A program made the position numbers and the translations under genes. Below are positions 63,661 to 64,000 of a stretch of 64,000 nucleotides of DNA, piece by piece. How positions within the stretch are numbered: position 1 is the stretch's first letter; every line of letters starts with the position of its first letter. Source of the DNA: Marsupella aquatica. Taxonomy: Eukaryota > Plantae > Marchantiophyta. Location of the stretch: assembly GCA_973895155.1 (NCBI GenBank), contig OZ316893.1, forward strand, positions 6,596,963 through 6,660,962, written 5' to 3'. Below the pieces are notes generated by a model. That model ran no database searches and was not told the DNA's origin. It worked only from the letters and a program-made list of their open reading frames with translations.

Positions 63661-64000
63661 TACTATCGAGCGAGTTCTCCTCTAGTTCATGAGTTTAAAT
63701 GAATGTACAGATGTAGACTTGGAAACCATGGATTTTTCCTACTACAGAGTACAGAGCGAGTTCTCCTTCAGTCATGAGTTTAAATGTATGTACAGATGTA
63801 AAGTTTGAAACCATGAATTTTTACTACTACCGATGTGTGAAGTTTGAAACCATGGATTTTTCCTAATACCGAGCAAATCTCCTTTAGTTCATGAGTTTAA
63901 ATGAAAGTACAGATGCAGAATTTGAGACCATGAATTCTTCGTACTACCGAGCAAGTTCTCCTTTACATCATGAGTTTAAACGAATGTACAGATGTAGAAT
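63661..64000. repeat. Tandem repeat, ~80-bp unit, at least 4 imperfect copies, runs off the window
   Basis: CATGAGTTTAAA recurs at 63688, 63774, 63890 and 63969, each followed by GTACAGATG and (where complete) GAAACCATG-like sequence. Confidence 0.88.

Overview
Eukaryotic nuclear DNA from a land plant, probably a bryophyte such as a liverwort (inferred from gene content, GT-AG introns, a long inferred RBOH 5' leader and the element types; not proven). Four intact protein-coding genes can be built from the sequence: a 19-exon long-chain acyl-CoA synthetase (LACS4-like, 3501-11398 +), a two-exon Ycf20/DUF565-like gene (22438-23423 +), a fully intronless respiratory burst oxidase homolog (RBOH, 26132-29221 -) and a two-exon NmrA/isoflavone-reductase-like gene (62437-63593 +). 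Two full-length Ty1/copia elements have intact LTRs and TSDs. The first is compact and very young (12008-16980 -), with a half-tRNA-iMet primer site and fungal-looking proteins. The second is older and Tnt1/Tork-like (37229-44869 -), with a ~2.4 kb GC-rich leader; a solo LTR of the same family lies at 19897-20240. Also present: a 5'-truncated non-LTR retrotransposon with a restriction-like endonuclease (CRE/R2-type), a BRCT-domain pseudogene, a MULE-like MITE, tRNA-derived SINE-like copies and several dispersed and tandem repeats. No rRNA, intact tRNA or CRISPR array was seen. All alignments and counts were done by eye; edges of degenerate repeats are approximate.
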